IMG/VR virus record: IMGVR_UViG_3300033420_000031
Span: 1-29,242 of that record
Length of the DNA: 29,242 bases
DNA from: a virus
Taxonomy: Duplodnaviria; Caudoviricetes
Strand: one strand, 5' to 3'
Each line of letters opens with the position of its first letter. Positions within the stretch are counted from its first letter, which is position 1. Shown here one piece after another: positions 15,665 to 25,417 of the stretch. A model generated the notes under the pieces. It was not told where the DNA came from and did not search any database. It saw only the letters and a program-made list of their open reading frames with translations. Position numbers and translations under genes: made by a program.

Positions 15665-17137
15665 TTATACCCCTGTGTCTCTCGCTATTTGTGTGTAGAT
15701 GTCCGTGGTTAATATGGTTTCTGCTCCTTTGGTGTAGGTTTTGCTGTATGCACCGTAGGCTATAATCGGGCCTATGCTGCCATTCAACAGCATATACTTC
15801 ATGACTGCATAGGATGTGTTTTTCATCAAAGTGTCCGCTGCGCCTGACGATTGGTAAAACCCTTGTGCTAATGCAGACATGAACATTTTTTCTACTGTAG
15901 CACCTGACCCGATTGCCAACTCCTGACCGCAACCTACGAAAAATGGCTCTGAAATTGTAGGGAATATGTTTGCCAGGTCTGTAAATTTATAGGATATTAG
16001 GGCCTTCCAATCGTGGAGCATGAATGTTCCGTCGTCGTTGCTGGATATATTCCAGTGCGCCAACAAGTAAGCAGGCACTGTGAGTGTGAGGGCGGTTGTG
16101 GTTACAGCAAGGGTGGATTTGGTAATCAAGCAATACATCGGTGTATAGTAGGAGTCCACCTCGGTATAACTTCGGTCTTCTTTTACCTGTAAGTACAAAT
16201 CTGTGCCAACCTTGAGAAAGCGTGTGCTTTCTGTGAGTGTGTAACTCGTGAGTGACCCTGTTACAGGCGTTTTTGTGGTTAGGTTATACGAAAAAAGCCC
16301 AAACGCGTTGCTTGCCGAGGATTCTGTTGTCGTATCGCCTGAGGTTATTCCATATAAAACACTATCTATCACGTACTGTGCCTGACCCCATGGGCTGAAA
16401 TAACCCGCATAATCTCCTGTATATCTTGTCTCTTCACCTGTCGCCAAGTTGTATGCGTAGACCCCTGAAATTCCACTTCGCTTGATTAGGATGGTGTTTT
16501 CGTCTGTTACACCTGAAACGCCATTTCTCACATAACAACATGATTTTGCGAGGATTTGCGCTGTGTCTGTATGTACCATGGTCCCCGCGAAAACCGGTTG
16601 ACGGTTGGCATCGGAGGTTATAGCACTGTTATCCTGTAACTTCTCTAAATTTACGAGTGAGACGCACACTGAGTCAAAAGCCCCTGTGCCTTGGCCGGCA
16701 GGCCAGTTGTATGTTATACCCGCATACTGCCCTGGAACATTGAAAACCCCTGAGCGCTCAATGGTTAGCCCATCCTTTGAGGTTGCGAGGACAGCGGGGT
16801 CGATGGTGTTAGAGGCTCTTGCTATGATTGCAGAGGCGGTGGCTTCACATTTCGCATTTAAAAAAGACGGGACTTTCTCCCAGCGATGCGGGAATCCGTC
16901 TGTTTTGTTATACAGATAAACCCACAAATTGCTGGCCTTATCGTAATTATCTATGATGTTGTCGGTGTTAAAAAGTTTAAAAGTACCGAGGCCGAGCGCT
17001 TTACCGCCCTTGGCGCTCTTCTCTGTCAGTTTTGTGATAAAGTCGAACCCCAACAGCGCTAATGCCGTCCCCATCGGTGTTTCCACCGCTTGTGCTATTT
17101 CCCCGTTGGAATTAATTACCGGTGTGATTGTTAACAT
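15665..17137 (-). CDS. Tail/baseplate receptor-binding protein
   Basis: 490 aa, beta-rich T/S/Y composition with propeller-like segments; YNWPAGQGTGAFDSV; between fibre and holin. Confidence 0.65.
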   Translation of the reverse strand: MLTITPVINSNGEIAQAVETPMGTALALLGFDFITKLTEKSAKGGKALGLGTFKLFNTDNIIDNYDKASNLWVYLYNKTDGFPHRWEKVPSFLNAKCEATASAIIARASNTIDPAVLATSKDGLTIERSGVFNVPGQYAGITYNWPAGQGTGAFDSVCVSLVNLEKLQDNSAITSDANRQPVFAGTMVHTDTAQILAKSCCYVRNGVSGVTDENTILIKRSGISGVYAYNLATGEETRYTGDYAGYFSPWGQAQYVIDSVLYGITSGDTTTESSASNAFGLFSYNLTTKTPVTGSLTSYTLTESTRFLKVGTDLYLQVKEDRSYTEVDSYYTPMYCLITKSTLAVTTTALTLTVPAYLLAHWNISSNDDGTFMLHDWKALISYKFTDLANIFPTISEPFFVGCGQELAIGSGATVEKMFMSALAQGFYQSSGAADTLMKNTSYAVMKYMLLNGSIGPIIAYGAYSKTYTKGAETILTTDIYTQIARDTGV

Positions 17138-17149
17138 ATTTACCCCCTG

Positions 17150-18916
17150 CTATTCATCTATTTTAGTTAGTCCTTGTATCGCTAAGTCCCCAACCAAACC
17201 CATATACATATGCTCTGGAGCAGCTACACCATCTACGATTAACTTTGCCAATCCTGTTGTGCGTAAATCTGCTACAATGCTGACAGTTAGCGTTTTGCTC
17301 TCTGGTTCTTGCATACTGACCTTTGTCAATCCTGTTGTGCTCAAATCCGCTACAATGCTTGTGTTAAGTGTTTTGCTCGCTGGCTCTACCATCACAAGCG
17401 CTGTATATGTACCGCTGTGTAAATCGCCTACTACACCAATTTTTATATGTTCTTTCTCATATGTGTAGACCCTTGCGCCTGTGAACCCCTTTGTCCTTGC
17501 ATTTGCTACTGCACTCACATACAGCGATGATGATGCGGTCTCTTGCAGGGTTACAGATGTAAACGCTTTGCTGTATGCTCTGAATTTTACTTGTGCGAAC
17601 ATGGTTAATATGTTTACAATATTTTCCTTGCTATCGTTTTGCCTCAACTTCGTGTCAATCCTTATAATTAACCCACCAACTGGGATTGCGAGTTGTTTTA
17701 CACCCTTTGGCTCCACTACTGCACTAACCTTAGCCCAATAAGGTACAGTACCTGGTGCCAACCACTCATCAAAGTTTGAGAATTTAAATGAATCCTGCCC
17801 ACCACCGGCTATTGCGTTATGTTCGATTTCGCCCCGTTTATACCCATCTATGTATAAAATCACTTTGAGCGTCGCGTCTACCCCTATGTCCTCAGATACT
17901 AGATATCGCAGGTCTACTGTCGCTATCGATATGTCACTTATCAAATACATATTGTCGCTTTTTGTCCTTATAACCCCTTGGCCCGTCAACTCCAACAACG
18001 ACCGTGTACTCATACCCAAGAAATCACTACCGCTGCCTCCACCGCCACAGCCTCCACCGCCACCGCCTACAATCAAACGGCTTAGCAGATTACCTGCTAC
18101 TAACCTAACATCCGATGCCCCACCACCTGCCAGGCAACTACCCTTTGCGCCTCCACCTAGCCCGAATGGGCGCACCGGCGCTTTCTGTCCGCTGCCCTGC
18201 TGGCCTACATATATAAAAAGTTTTGTGCCTTGCACAAGGTTAAAACTCGCTTTTGCATACCCACCTTGACCACCGGAATATTTACTCTCCGGACCGCCTG
18301 TCTGTGTGAAACCGCCACCCTGTGCGCCCCAACACTCGATTACATAAACCCCTATTGCTGGTATTACATACTCCTGCACACTACCTGTGTACTCAAAAAC
18401 AATATTTCCGTTTATTTTTACCTTACCGTTTCCAATTTTTTGGTTATAACCAAAATCTGAATCATACCCATAGTAAGCACTTTTCTCGAACCCCTCTCCA
18501 AACTCTGCGACCAGGTCCATATACCCCTCTATGCTTGTGTTTTCATCCCATCCACCACTACTGCCACCACCGCCGCCTGCAAAGGTGTAACCAGAACCGC
18601 CACCATACCAACCACCGCCACCACCGGCACTTGTATAGCCGCGTCCGTTACCACCATACCCTAACAGCCCATTACAGGCTCCGTCTCCACCTGCCTCTTG
18701 ACCACCACCGATACCGGATAAGTCCCCGCCACTACCCTTGTATGCTGCCTTGCCATTCCTACCACCTGGAAAACCACCGGAGCCGTCATTGTCATTACCT
18801 CCGAAAAGATAAGGAAAATCATTGGCGTAACTGCCCAAAAAGCCAGGTTGACGCGGGGCTACAAAATAGGGTGCAAGCAACTTGCCTAATATTATTGCAT
18901 CTTCATGCTTAAACAA
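17150..18916 (-). CDS. Glycine-rich tail fibre-like protein (ALK/LTK-type Gly-rich domain, C-terminal repeats)
   Basis: TTG start after GGGGGAGGGAG; motifs GGGGGWYGGG, FEYTG, ECWGAQGG, IYVGQQG, GGGASDVRL, SRLIVGGGGG. Confidence 0.8.
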   Translation of the reverse strand: MFKHEDAIILGKLLAPYFVAPRQPGFLGSYANDFPYLFGGNDNDGSGGFPGGRNGKAAYKGSGGDLSGIGGGQEAGGDGACNGLLGYGGNGRGYTSAGGGGGWYGGGSGYTFAGGGGGSSGGWDENTSIEGYMDLVAEFGEGFEKSAYYGYDSDFGYNQKIGNGKVKINGNIVFEYTGSVQEYVIPAIGVYVIECWGAQGGGFTQTGGPESKYSGGQGGYAKASFNLVQGTKLFIYVGQQGSGQKAPVRPFGLGGGAKGSCLAGGGASDVRLVAGNLLSRLIVGGGGGGCGGGGSGSDFLGMSTRSLLELTGQGVIRTKSDNMYLISDISIATVDLRYLVSEDIGVDATLKVILYIDGYKRGEIEHNAIAGGGQDSFKFSNFDEWLAPGTVPYWAKVSAVVEPKGVKQLAIPVGGLIIRIDTKLRQNDSKENIVNILTMFAQVKFRAYSKAFTSVTLQETASSSLYVSAVANARTKGFTGARVYTYEKEHIKIGVVGDLHSGTYTALVMVEPASKTLNTSIVADLSTTGLTKVSMQEPESKTLTVSIVADLRTTGLAKLIVDGVAAPEHMYMGLVGDLAIQGLTKIDE

Positions 18917-19393
18917 TGCTTGCTCCCTCCCCCTGCGCTACGATGGGCCAACCTTGGCCGGTCCCGCCTATTTCACTTATCCTGCTTATCTTTTACCGGC
19001 TCGCCCACTCGCCTTATCTTGCTCAATACACCGACTCGCCTACTCCGTACCAACCGGCGCATCTGCTTATATCCACGCTCTCGCTCTACTTCACACCATT
19101 GACGCACTCACTACAATCGTCGCATCCGCTCGATTGCCGCTTTGCTCTAATTGCCCAACTTGTCGCATACTGCTTGGTCTACGGCTTCGCCTGTTCACGC
19201 CTGCCTTGTACAACTCGTCCACGCTCGCCCACCGGCTCGCCTTGCTCCTACCTTGTACAACCTAACGCCTACACTTGTTCAACCTTGCTTATCCACGCCT
19301 ACCGGCTCCATTTCCTCCACCGCTCATATCCACGCCTGCGGCTGCATCTATCATCCATGGAAAGGGCATAGAGGGCTTCATCTTCGCCGCTTG

Positions 19394-19538
19394 CAAATGT
19401 TCCTTGAAAAATTTTTTAAACCTTACTTAAAGTTCTCCCCATTAATAATGTTTTTTTATGTCCCCATTTATGTCTCTGTTTTGAAAATATGTCCACTTGT
19501 ATATCGCTTCTCGTTGGGAGGCAACGAAATAAAAATAT
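19394..19538 (-). repeat. Duplicated AT-rich element, copy B (putative late promoter)
   Basis: Same conserved blocks as 5337-5445; (G/A)GACATA direct repeats on the minus strand. Confidence 0.7.
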
Positions 19539-19565
19539 TTCGACTTTTTTCGACTGTACTCGACT

Positions 19566-19709
19566 TTATGTCTCTGTGACCATATACTCGCCCTCCAAAA
19601 TACCGCCTATTGCTACCCCAAGGAAAAAGTCGCTCCACCAGTCCTCTGTTAAGGCTTCGCGGTCTCTTACAAACGGGGCAACCAAGGCCTCCATCTCTTC
19701 TTGTGTCAT
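19566..19709 (-). CDS. Small hypothetical protein (47 aa)
   Basis: Below the ORF-track cutoff; GGGG RBS; MTQEEMEALVAPFVRDREALTEDWWSDFFLGVAIGGILEGEYMVTET. Confidence 0.6.
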   Translation of the reverse strand: MTQEEMEALVAPFVRDREALTEDWWSDFFLGVAIGGILEGEYMVTET

Positions 19710-19722
19710 ACTCTCAACCCCT

Positions 19723-20430
19723 TTATATTAATAGGTCTATCTGCTCGATTACATGCTGTATACTGATTGCCTGCCCATAATTGGTATTTATTGCTATTAG
19801 TTGACCCTGAAAATAAGTCGGTTGGAGTTTGATTTCAAGCGTTGAACCTTGTACAAGCCAACCAAGCCCGTTAAGGCTACCTACTTCGTCATCATTGTGA
19901 TACACCTTAAAGGATGTTGCGGAGTCGCCTTTTGATACAGATTGCGTTACCTTACGCACATAGGCTTCTGATACATCTATGCTGCGATATGCGCCGATGC
20001 CGTAGATTACAAGTTGGTCGGTGGTTTGGTTAGTGATGATAATGGATAGTGAGGCCATGGGTTGGTTGGTGGTTTGGTAAATAGAGGAATCGGAGTAGCC
20101 GCGCGAGGTTGGTGTGAAAGTGTTAAAGCCAAATGCACGGAAAATTGCCTTGTTTATGGTGTTGTCGTTTATGTCCTTGCAGACTTCTTTTATAAGTAGT
20201 GTGGGGTTGGATTTGTAGTTGTTGGCGCTGGAAACCGCTGTGCAAGAGAACTCCACATCTATACGCATGAATTTACACTCATCCTGTACCTCAGAGGTTA
20301 GGACAAGCCTTGCAGAACCACCCGCCTGTATTACAAGTTGACTTTGCCCGTTGATTTCCGCGTTGACTAAAACCCATCTGTTATCCAAAAACCCCAAGAA
20401 ACTGTCTCTTGCGAACTGTAGATTATCCAT
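19723..20430 (-). CDS. Tail/baseplate protein
   Basis: 235 aa, beta-rich, abuts the Tal-like gene. Confidence 0.6.
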   Translation of the reverse strand: MDNLQFARDSFLGFLDNRWVLVNAEINGQSQLVIQAGGSARLVLTSEVQDECKFMRIDVEFSCTAVSSANNYKSNPTLLIKEVCKDINDNTINKAIFRAFGFNTFTPTSRGYSDSSIYQTTNQPMASLSIIITNQTTDQLVIYGIGAYRSIDVSEAYVRKVTQSVSKGDSATSFKVYHNDDEVGSLNGLGWLVQGSTLEIKLQPTYFQGQLIAINTNYGQAISIQHVIEQIDLLI

Positions 20431-20431
20431 A

Positions 20432-21793
20432 TCACACCACCCTTACAGCGGTTACGGTTGTGCTATACGCTGCGCCGTCGCTCAAATTGAACCCCGTTAT
20501 CAAGTAGTCCCCCGCAATGTTTGCATCATCGGAGGTTATCGTGATGTACTGCTGAACCGTCAGGAGTTGCGACAGCGTGCCCGTTATTTCGACCTCTTGG
20601 CGCATAGACCTTAGATAACTTGCCACGGATGCTACATATGTGCGTGCCGCTGCGTCTTCCTGTATTACGTAGGATTCCAAGGTTAATGTATTCGCCACTT
20701 TTGCGTCTGTACCCGCTATTGTGCTTTCTACATAAGCATCCGTCACTCCTGTACACCGGCCTGTAACCTCTATGTTTGCGAGGAAATCATCAACCAGCGC
20801 GCTCACTATCGTGATGTCGATGCCACCCTGGTATGCGAGATAATCTATACTTGTTATCTTTTCGAGGTTGCTTTCTGCTGTTGCTGCTGTTGAAATGTGC
20901 ACAGCGTCTATACCAAGCACGCTTTTACTAAGCGTCAGGCCTGTAAGGGCATTTACACCCGTCTTAATATTCGCATTGTTCAGCATTAAAAGCGTTTCAG
21001 AGGGGCGGTCATCCACCTTGTTGTAAAGCAGTTTGATTTTGTTGTACTGCGCGATTTTGTTGTGCTTTACGGTCACTGTCTCTATGGTGCTGTCGTCCAT
21101 TACATATGCTATGGTTTTGGTTGGGATTGCAGGGCGCACCTCTATAACCCCTGCGCGATTCACATATATGCGTGCTAAAAGCGACTGCGCGATTGTGTTT
21201 AAGGCTTCGCGTACCCTGTCTCCCTTTGCTACTGCGTACAACATAGACAATTGTAGGCTTGGGTCTATAATAAAGTCGCTTATGCTTAGGCCGATGCCTT
21301 GTAGTATACCAGCGAGCAATACCGTAACATCCACACCCGCGTATGCAGGCAGGGCGGGCATTTCCTTTTGGCCTATATAACTCAGTTTGTCCGTGCAGGA
21401 CAAATTCACGAGCGCGAACCCGCCCTCAGATTTCTCGCTATACCACGATTCGGTGTAATACTCGCCAAACGCTACCCACGTAATGCCGAGGTCCTCAGAC
21501 ATATATATGTTGACCTTTACGCCGTTGCGCATATAACCATAGTAGGATGACCCTGTGTTGGTAGTTAAGAGCGCCCCCGTCCTGTCAAATATCCGAAAAC
21601 TTGCATAATTTGGGGTCATGATACCAACCGGATTACCGTCCGTTAGGGCGCTGTTTTCCTGTATTTCGATGCTTTCCAGCATCTTGTCATCGCCGCTATT
21701 CTGCGTTGCGGTGTAGGTAGAGTTGTTATCAAAAGTTAATACAATTTGGAAAGTTTGCCCGTTTGTCCAGGGCTGAAGCGTTACTGCTGCCAT
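20432..21793 (-). CDS. Baseplate hub / Tal-like tail protein
   Basis: FGEYY, LSCTDKL, REALNTIAQS...IYVNRAGVI motifs; second gene after the tape measure. Confidence 0.75.
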   Translation of the reverse strand: MAAVTLQPWTNGQTFQIVLTFDNNSTYTATQNSGDDKMLESIEIQENSALTDGNPVGIMTPNYASFRIFDRTGALLTTNTGSSYYGYMRNGVKVNIYMSEDLGITWVAFGEYYTESWYSEKSEGGFALVNLSCTDKLSYIGQKEMPALPAYAGVDVTVLLAGILQGIGLSISDFIIDPSLQLSMLYAVAKGDRVREALNTIAQSLLARIYVNRAGVIEVRPAIPTKTIAYVMDDSTIETVTVKHNKIAQYNKIKLLYNKVDDRPSETLLMLNNANIKTGVNALTGLTLSKSVLGIDAVHISTAATAESNLEKITSIDYLAYQGGIDITIVSALVDDFLANIEVTGRCTGVTDAYVESTIAGTDAKVANTLTLESYVIQEDAAARTYVASVASYLRSMRQEVEITGTLSQLLTVQQYITITSDDANIAGDYLITGFNLSDGAAYSTTVTAVRVV

Positions 21794-21810
21794 ATGCTAC
21801 ACCCCTATCT

Positions 21811-22260
21811 TTAACCGTTTGCGAGTGATTTGTGGCCCTCAATCTGAATCCAGTGATACTCAAACTTAAAATAACCGGTCTGTGCCGTCTCGTTTATCAC
21901 AGTCACAGGTGTAACCTGAATTGGTACACCTACATAACAGCGCTTCGTGATATACCCGCGGTCTGGTGTCCATGACGTTACCTGAAAAGAGTTTGTACCT
22001 GCCGACAACTTCGCCTTAATGTAGGCATCAAGTACCCGCATATCTTCAAGGCTTATCACTGAATACGCCCAGTTGAATTTATCCTTATTGGCTATGATTA
22101 CCGAAATGAAAGTCCCGCCAGAGTTGTTATATGACCGCGTGATGCTCTCCGTCTCGTGCAACCACGCGCCGAGTTGGGGTGCGGGTACACAATAATTGTC
22201 AATCTTAAACTCGCTACACGTGTACTTTGTGCTTAAATCCGCGATTGTCATGTACCCCAC
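21811..22260 (-). CDS. Distal tail (Dit-like) protein
   Basis: 149 aa directly after the tape measure; IDNYCVPAP, CYVG, WIQIE pattern. Confidence 0.7.
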   Translation of the reverse strand: MGYMTIADLSTKYTCSEFKIDNYCVPAPQLGAWLHETESITRSYNNSGGTFISVIIANKDKFNWAYSVISLEDMRVLDAYIKAKLSAGTNSFQVTSWTPDRGYITKRCYVGVPIQVTPVTVINETAQTGYFKFEYHWIQIEGHKSLANG

Positions 22261-22263
22261 CCC

Positions 22264-24567
22264 TTATCTTGCGCCAAAGTTTAGTGCGCCCGTATTTTTT
22301 AGTTGGTTTGCGATTGTGCTGCCCATCTTGCGTGCCAAGCGTTCAATCTGCCCGTCGTCTGCTATGATTGAACCACCTTGTCCTAAGTGTGCATTGATTG
22401 TTACATTTGCACCTGTGTTGGCTTCTGCCCTTACCGGCTGAGTGTTTACTGCTGCGCTTCTTTGCGCTTGTGGCGTTGCGATTGATGCCGCTCTTTCAAA
22501 CCCACCCATATCAAACGAGGGGATGTTCACGCTACCTAAAAGTGAGGCGGCACCGTCCGATATCCATCGCCCGGCTGCGTTTGCTACGCCCTCAACACTT
22601 AAACTTCCTAACCCCTGTAATGCTTGCTGTATCCACTCAAAGAACTGTCGCCCTTTTTCTACCAACTCGCCCAGACCCGTGAAATTTAAGACTGTGTCCC
22701 AACTTCCGTTCTCGTCTCGGAACTTATTGAGGATGTCAAAACCCTTAAACAGTAAGCCGATAGGCCATGTTATAGGGTTAAACAGCAAACCGTCTTGTAT
22801 GACACTTCTTATGAACCCTGCGGCATCGCCCTCGAGCAGGGCTTCTATTTCCGCTATAATGGGGAACTTGTGCAGGGCTTCGCCTGCGAAAGCACTTATT
22901 AAGTCCCAACCCTTAGCGTCGCCTTTTTTTGCCAGTTCTATAAACCATTTGCCCGGCCTGTTTAGCATTTTTTGCATCTCATCCATCTGTTCCCACGTTT
23001 TGGAATCAAGGTTGAAAAATGCACTTACACCCTTACCTGCCTCGCCCCAACCGGACACCATACCCTTTATCGCTTCTTTTGCTTTACTTGCGCCTTTTTC
23101 TAACCCTTTTACAAGTCCGTCCTCGCCCATTAAGTCGATTAGCCCTGTATCTGCAAGGTTGAACTCTGGGATGGCGTTGTTGTAAGGGTTAACGCTCTGC
23201 ACCTCATCAAAACCCATTAGTTGTTGCTTGGTCGCATCGAGTTGGTCGCCTACTTTTTTGTACTGTGAATACAAGTCTCCTGCTGCGTCTATTGAGGAAG
23301 CGGATGGCCCTAAATCGTTGGCTAATGATAGTTGGTTCATACCCATGAGGTCACGGAATCCGTTGACAACCCACATCGTACCCTCGCCTATGCTCAGCAA
23401 CAACTGACCTACTGTTTCGAGTACAGGGATGAATATTACCTGCGCGTGTTTTGAAACGCTGTCCCAGGTGTTAGCCAGTTTTAGTTGCATAGATGCTAAA
23501 GTTGTTGTGCTTTCGGCATCTGATGTTTTCAAAAGTGCTGCCTGCTCTTGTATCAGCATCCACCTTGCGTATATCATCGTCGCCTCTGAAACTGAACCGT
23601 TGAATGCGTCAATTCCCTTTTTCTGTAACAGCCACGCTTTCGCCGCATTATCGCTTGTGTTGATGCCATACCCACCTAATGAGTTGCTGCCATTTAGTGC
23701 GCTGTTTACTGCACCCTGGACATCCTCTGTTTTCTGCCCTGTACTCAAAGATAGTTGCGTAGCAAGTCTATTAGCGCCAAGGCCCATATTTCCTGCGCTC
23801 TGGCTGTCTATGCCTGCGGCTCTGCCTATTTGGGCTGTTGAGGCTACCATCTTCAAGGTTCTGTCTTCGCCTATTCCGAGTTGGTCATTTAAACGCGTTG
23901 CCCAACTGGTCGCCATTTCAAAACTTGAACCTAATACATTTTCAGAGTTTGCGATTCCGAGTTCGTACTCATAGCCGCCTTTTCCAAGTTTGTACATAGC
24001 CGCTACCAGCGCGGTTATTGCTGCTACTAACCCTGTAACAACCCCTGTTGCCGCCAGTGCTGTTGTTCCTATTCCTGCTATACCTGCGCTCGCACCTGAT
24101 GCGGCTGTGCCTGCTGTTGCCAATCCACCGGTGGTGCTGGTTAGTGAGGAGGAGAATGCATTGGTTTGGGTAAGGGTTGAGCGCAATGCAGCTGTGAGGA
24201 TATTGGCAAAGTTTCCGTTCCCGCTTAAAACACTTGTGATTTGGCTCATATGCGACTGTATAGCCTGCAGACCCTGTGAGCGAGATTGCCCCGTTAATGC
24301 GGTTACACGCTGTTGTACTGTTTGCAGACTCTGAGACAGGTTACCAGACCCCGATGACTGCGCATTAACGGCTCTGCCGATGGTTTGTACATAGCGCGTG
24401 GTTTGCGCTGATAGTTGACTATAGACGGCGTTGGTTGACTCCAACGCGCTCTTGTTGTCTCTTAAAACTTGTGTGAGTTGCTGATTTAGGCGCATTATGC
24501 GCACAAGGTTATCATCGTAGGAATCGCTTTGCGCTGAAATAGCGACTGTCGCCTGCTGTGCTGCCAT
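22264..24567 (-). CDS. Tail tape measure protein
   Basis: 767 aa, helical A/G/S-rich, LMGFDEV motif, follows the chaperones. Confidence 0.9.
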   Translation of the reverse strand: MAAQQATVAISAQSDSYDDNLVRIMRLNQQLTQVLRDNKSALESTNAVYSQLSAQTTRYVQTIGRAVNAQSSGSGNLSQSLQTVQQRVTALTGQSRSQGLQAIQSHMSQITSVLSGNGNFANILTAALRSTLTQTNAFSSSLTSTTGGLATAGTAASGASAGIAGIGTTALAATGVVTGLVAAITALVAAMYKLGKGGYEYELGIANSENVLGSSFEMATSWATRLNDQLGIGEDRTLKMVASTAQIGRAAGIDSQSAGNMGLGANRLATQLSLSTGQKTEDVQGAVNSALNGSNSLGGYGINTSDNAAKAWLLQKKGIDAFNGSVSEATMIYARWMLIQEQAALLKTSDAESTTTLASMQLKLANTWDSVSKHAQVIFIPVLETVGQLLLSIGEGTMWVVNGFRDLMGMNQLSLANDLGPSASSIDAAGDLYSQYKKVGDQLDATKQQLMGFDEVQSVNPYNNAIPEFNLADTGLIDLMGEDGLVKGLEKGASKAKEAIKGMVSGWGEAGKGVSAFFNLDSKTWEQMDEMQKMLNRPGKWFIELAKKGDAKGWDLISAFAGEALHKFPIIAEIEALLEGDAAGFIRSVIQDGLLFNPITWPIGLLFKGFDILNKFRDENGSWDTVLNFTGLGELVEKGRQFFEWIQQALQGLGSLSVEGVANAAGRWISDGAASLLGSVNIPSFDMGGFERAASIATPQAQRSAAVNTQPVRAEANTGANVTINAHLGQGGSIIADDGQIERLARKMGSTIANQLKNTGALNFGAR

Positions 24568-24572
24568 TGCGA

Positions 24573-25046
24573 TTACCCCCTTTGGCTTAATATTTCTACG
24601 TTCTTTTCATCCGCTTGTGCCTTTTTACTCATAATCCTGCTGATGTACGCCTGCCGCTCTTGCTCTGATACTTGCGAGGCATCCACGACTTCCGTGATTT
24701 TTCCCTGCTCTGATATAAAACTTGGTGCTTGTAGGCCGTCCTTGCTGAATAACTGACCCACCTTAACGGCGAGGTCATAATTTTTCAACTCTTCAACCTG
24801 CGCTACCCTTTCTACTACTGCGTGGACTTCTGCCATGCTCATAGCCAAAAAGTCTGCATAGGAAAGACCGTGCGCAATGGCGGTACCCAGTGTCTTGTAA
24901 TACAAATCTCTTAGAGTACTGCCGTCAAACTGCTTGCATACTCGCTTAGCGCTCTCACTTCCTGGCTTAGCACAGGTAGATATGCCTTTATCGCGTCCTG
25001 GCTCGTTCCCAGTTCCCCGATTGCCTTTATCTCCTGCTCTGCGATA
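24573..25046 (-). CDS. Tail assembly chaperone, -1 frameshift (gpGT-like) portion
   Basis: The -1 frame is open from the T7 slippery run (25052-25046) through the 24905-24573 ORF; no RBS at TTG 24905. Confidence 0.75.
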   Translation of the reverse strand, partial: YRRAGDKGNRGTGNEPGRDKGISTCAKPGSESAKRVCKQFDGSTLRDLYYKTLGTAIAHGLSYADFLAMSMAEVHAVVERVAQVEELKNYDLAVKVGQLFSKDGLQAPSFISEQGKITEVVDASQVSEQERQAYISRIMSKKAQADEKNVEILSQRG

Positions 25047-25333
25047 AAAAAACCGCTGTCCCTTGCCTCGCTATATGCCACGACATGTAATGCGGGGCAT
25101 GTATACCCCTCTTCCATCCATTTTTCGATTACTGCATATGCCTCGTCTTTCGTCTGCCCTTTTGTTCCTACCTGCACCAATGTTCGCAGATTAACCGGCG
25201 TGTACTCTGCCAATTTGTCCAACTTTACGTCGTTTTCTGCACAAAACCTGAATGTCAACATTGTATATCGCACACCCAACGATGCTATTAGTTCTTTCAT
25301 ATCGTTATATGTAAACTTTTCTTTAATTTTCAT
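24911..25333 (-). CDS. Tail assembly chaperone (gpG-like)
   Basis: Between tail tube and tape measure; SGFF encoded by GGT TTT TTT. Confidence 0.8.
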   Translation of the reverse strand: MKIKEKFTYNDMKELIASLGVRYTMLTFRFCAENDVKLDKLAEYTPVNLRTLVQVGTKGQTKDEAYAVIEKWMEEGYTCPALHVVAYSEARDSGFFIAEQEIKAIGELGTSQDAIKAYLPVLSQEVRALSEYASSLTAVL

Positions 25334-25362
25334 CTTTATACCTCTCTATCGGTTCTTCATTA

Positions 25363-25397
25363 TGGTGGTGGGTCAGGCTTCGCCTGACCCACCACCA
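25363..25397 (-). other. 16-bp perfect hairpin after the major tail gene
   Basis: tggtggtgggtcaggc-ttc-gcctgacccaccacca; no U-tract. Confidence 0.8.
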
Positions 25398-25417
25398 CTC
25401 TGTATTAGATGTGTGTA

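Noticed and set aside
15665-19400. Diversity-generating retroelement or Gin/Cin-type tail-fibre shufflon
   Set aside because: No reverse transcriptase, no TR/VR pair, and no inverted fibre cassettes or flanking IRs seen by eye.
18917-19565. Intron or stop-codon recoding joining the 47-aa ORF to the fibre gene
   Set aside because: No group I/II intron hallmarks; mixed TAA/TAG/TGA stops in the minus frames; the fibre gene has its own strong RBS; other genes read normally in code 11.
18882-19579. Overlapping plus-strand ORFs in all three frames
   Set aside because: By-product of C/T-rich, stop-poor composition; no RBS, low-complexity products, antisense to the operon.
22442-24334. Long plus-strand ORFs antisense to the tape measure and other structural genes
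   Set aside because: Shadow ORFs from codon bias; no RBS or recognisable motifs.
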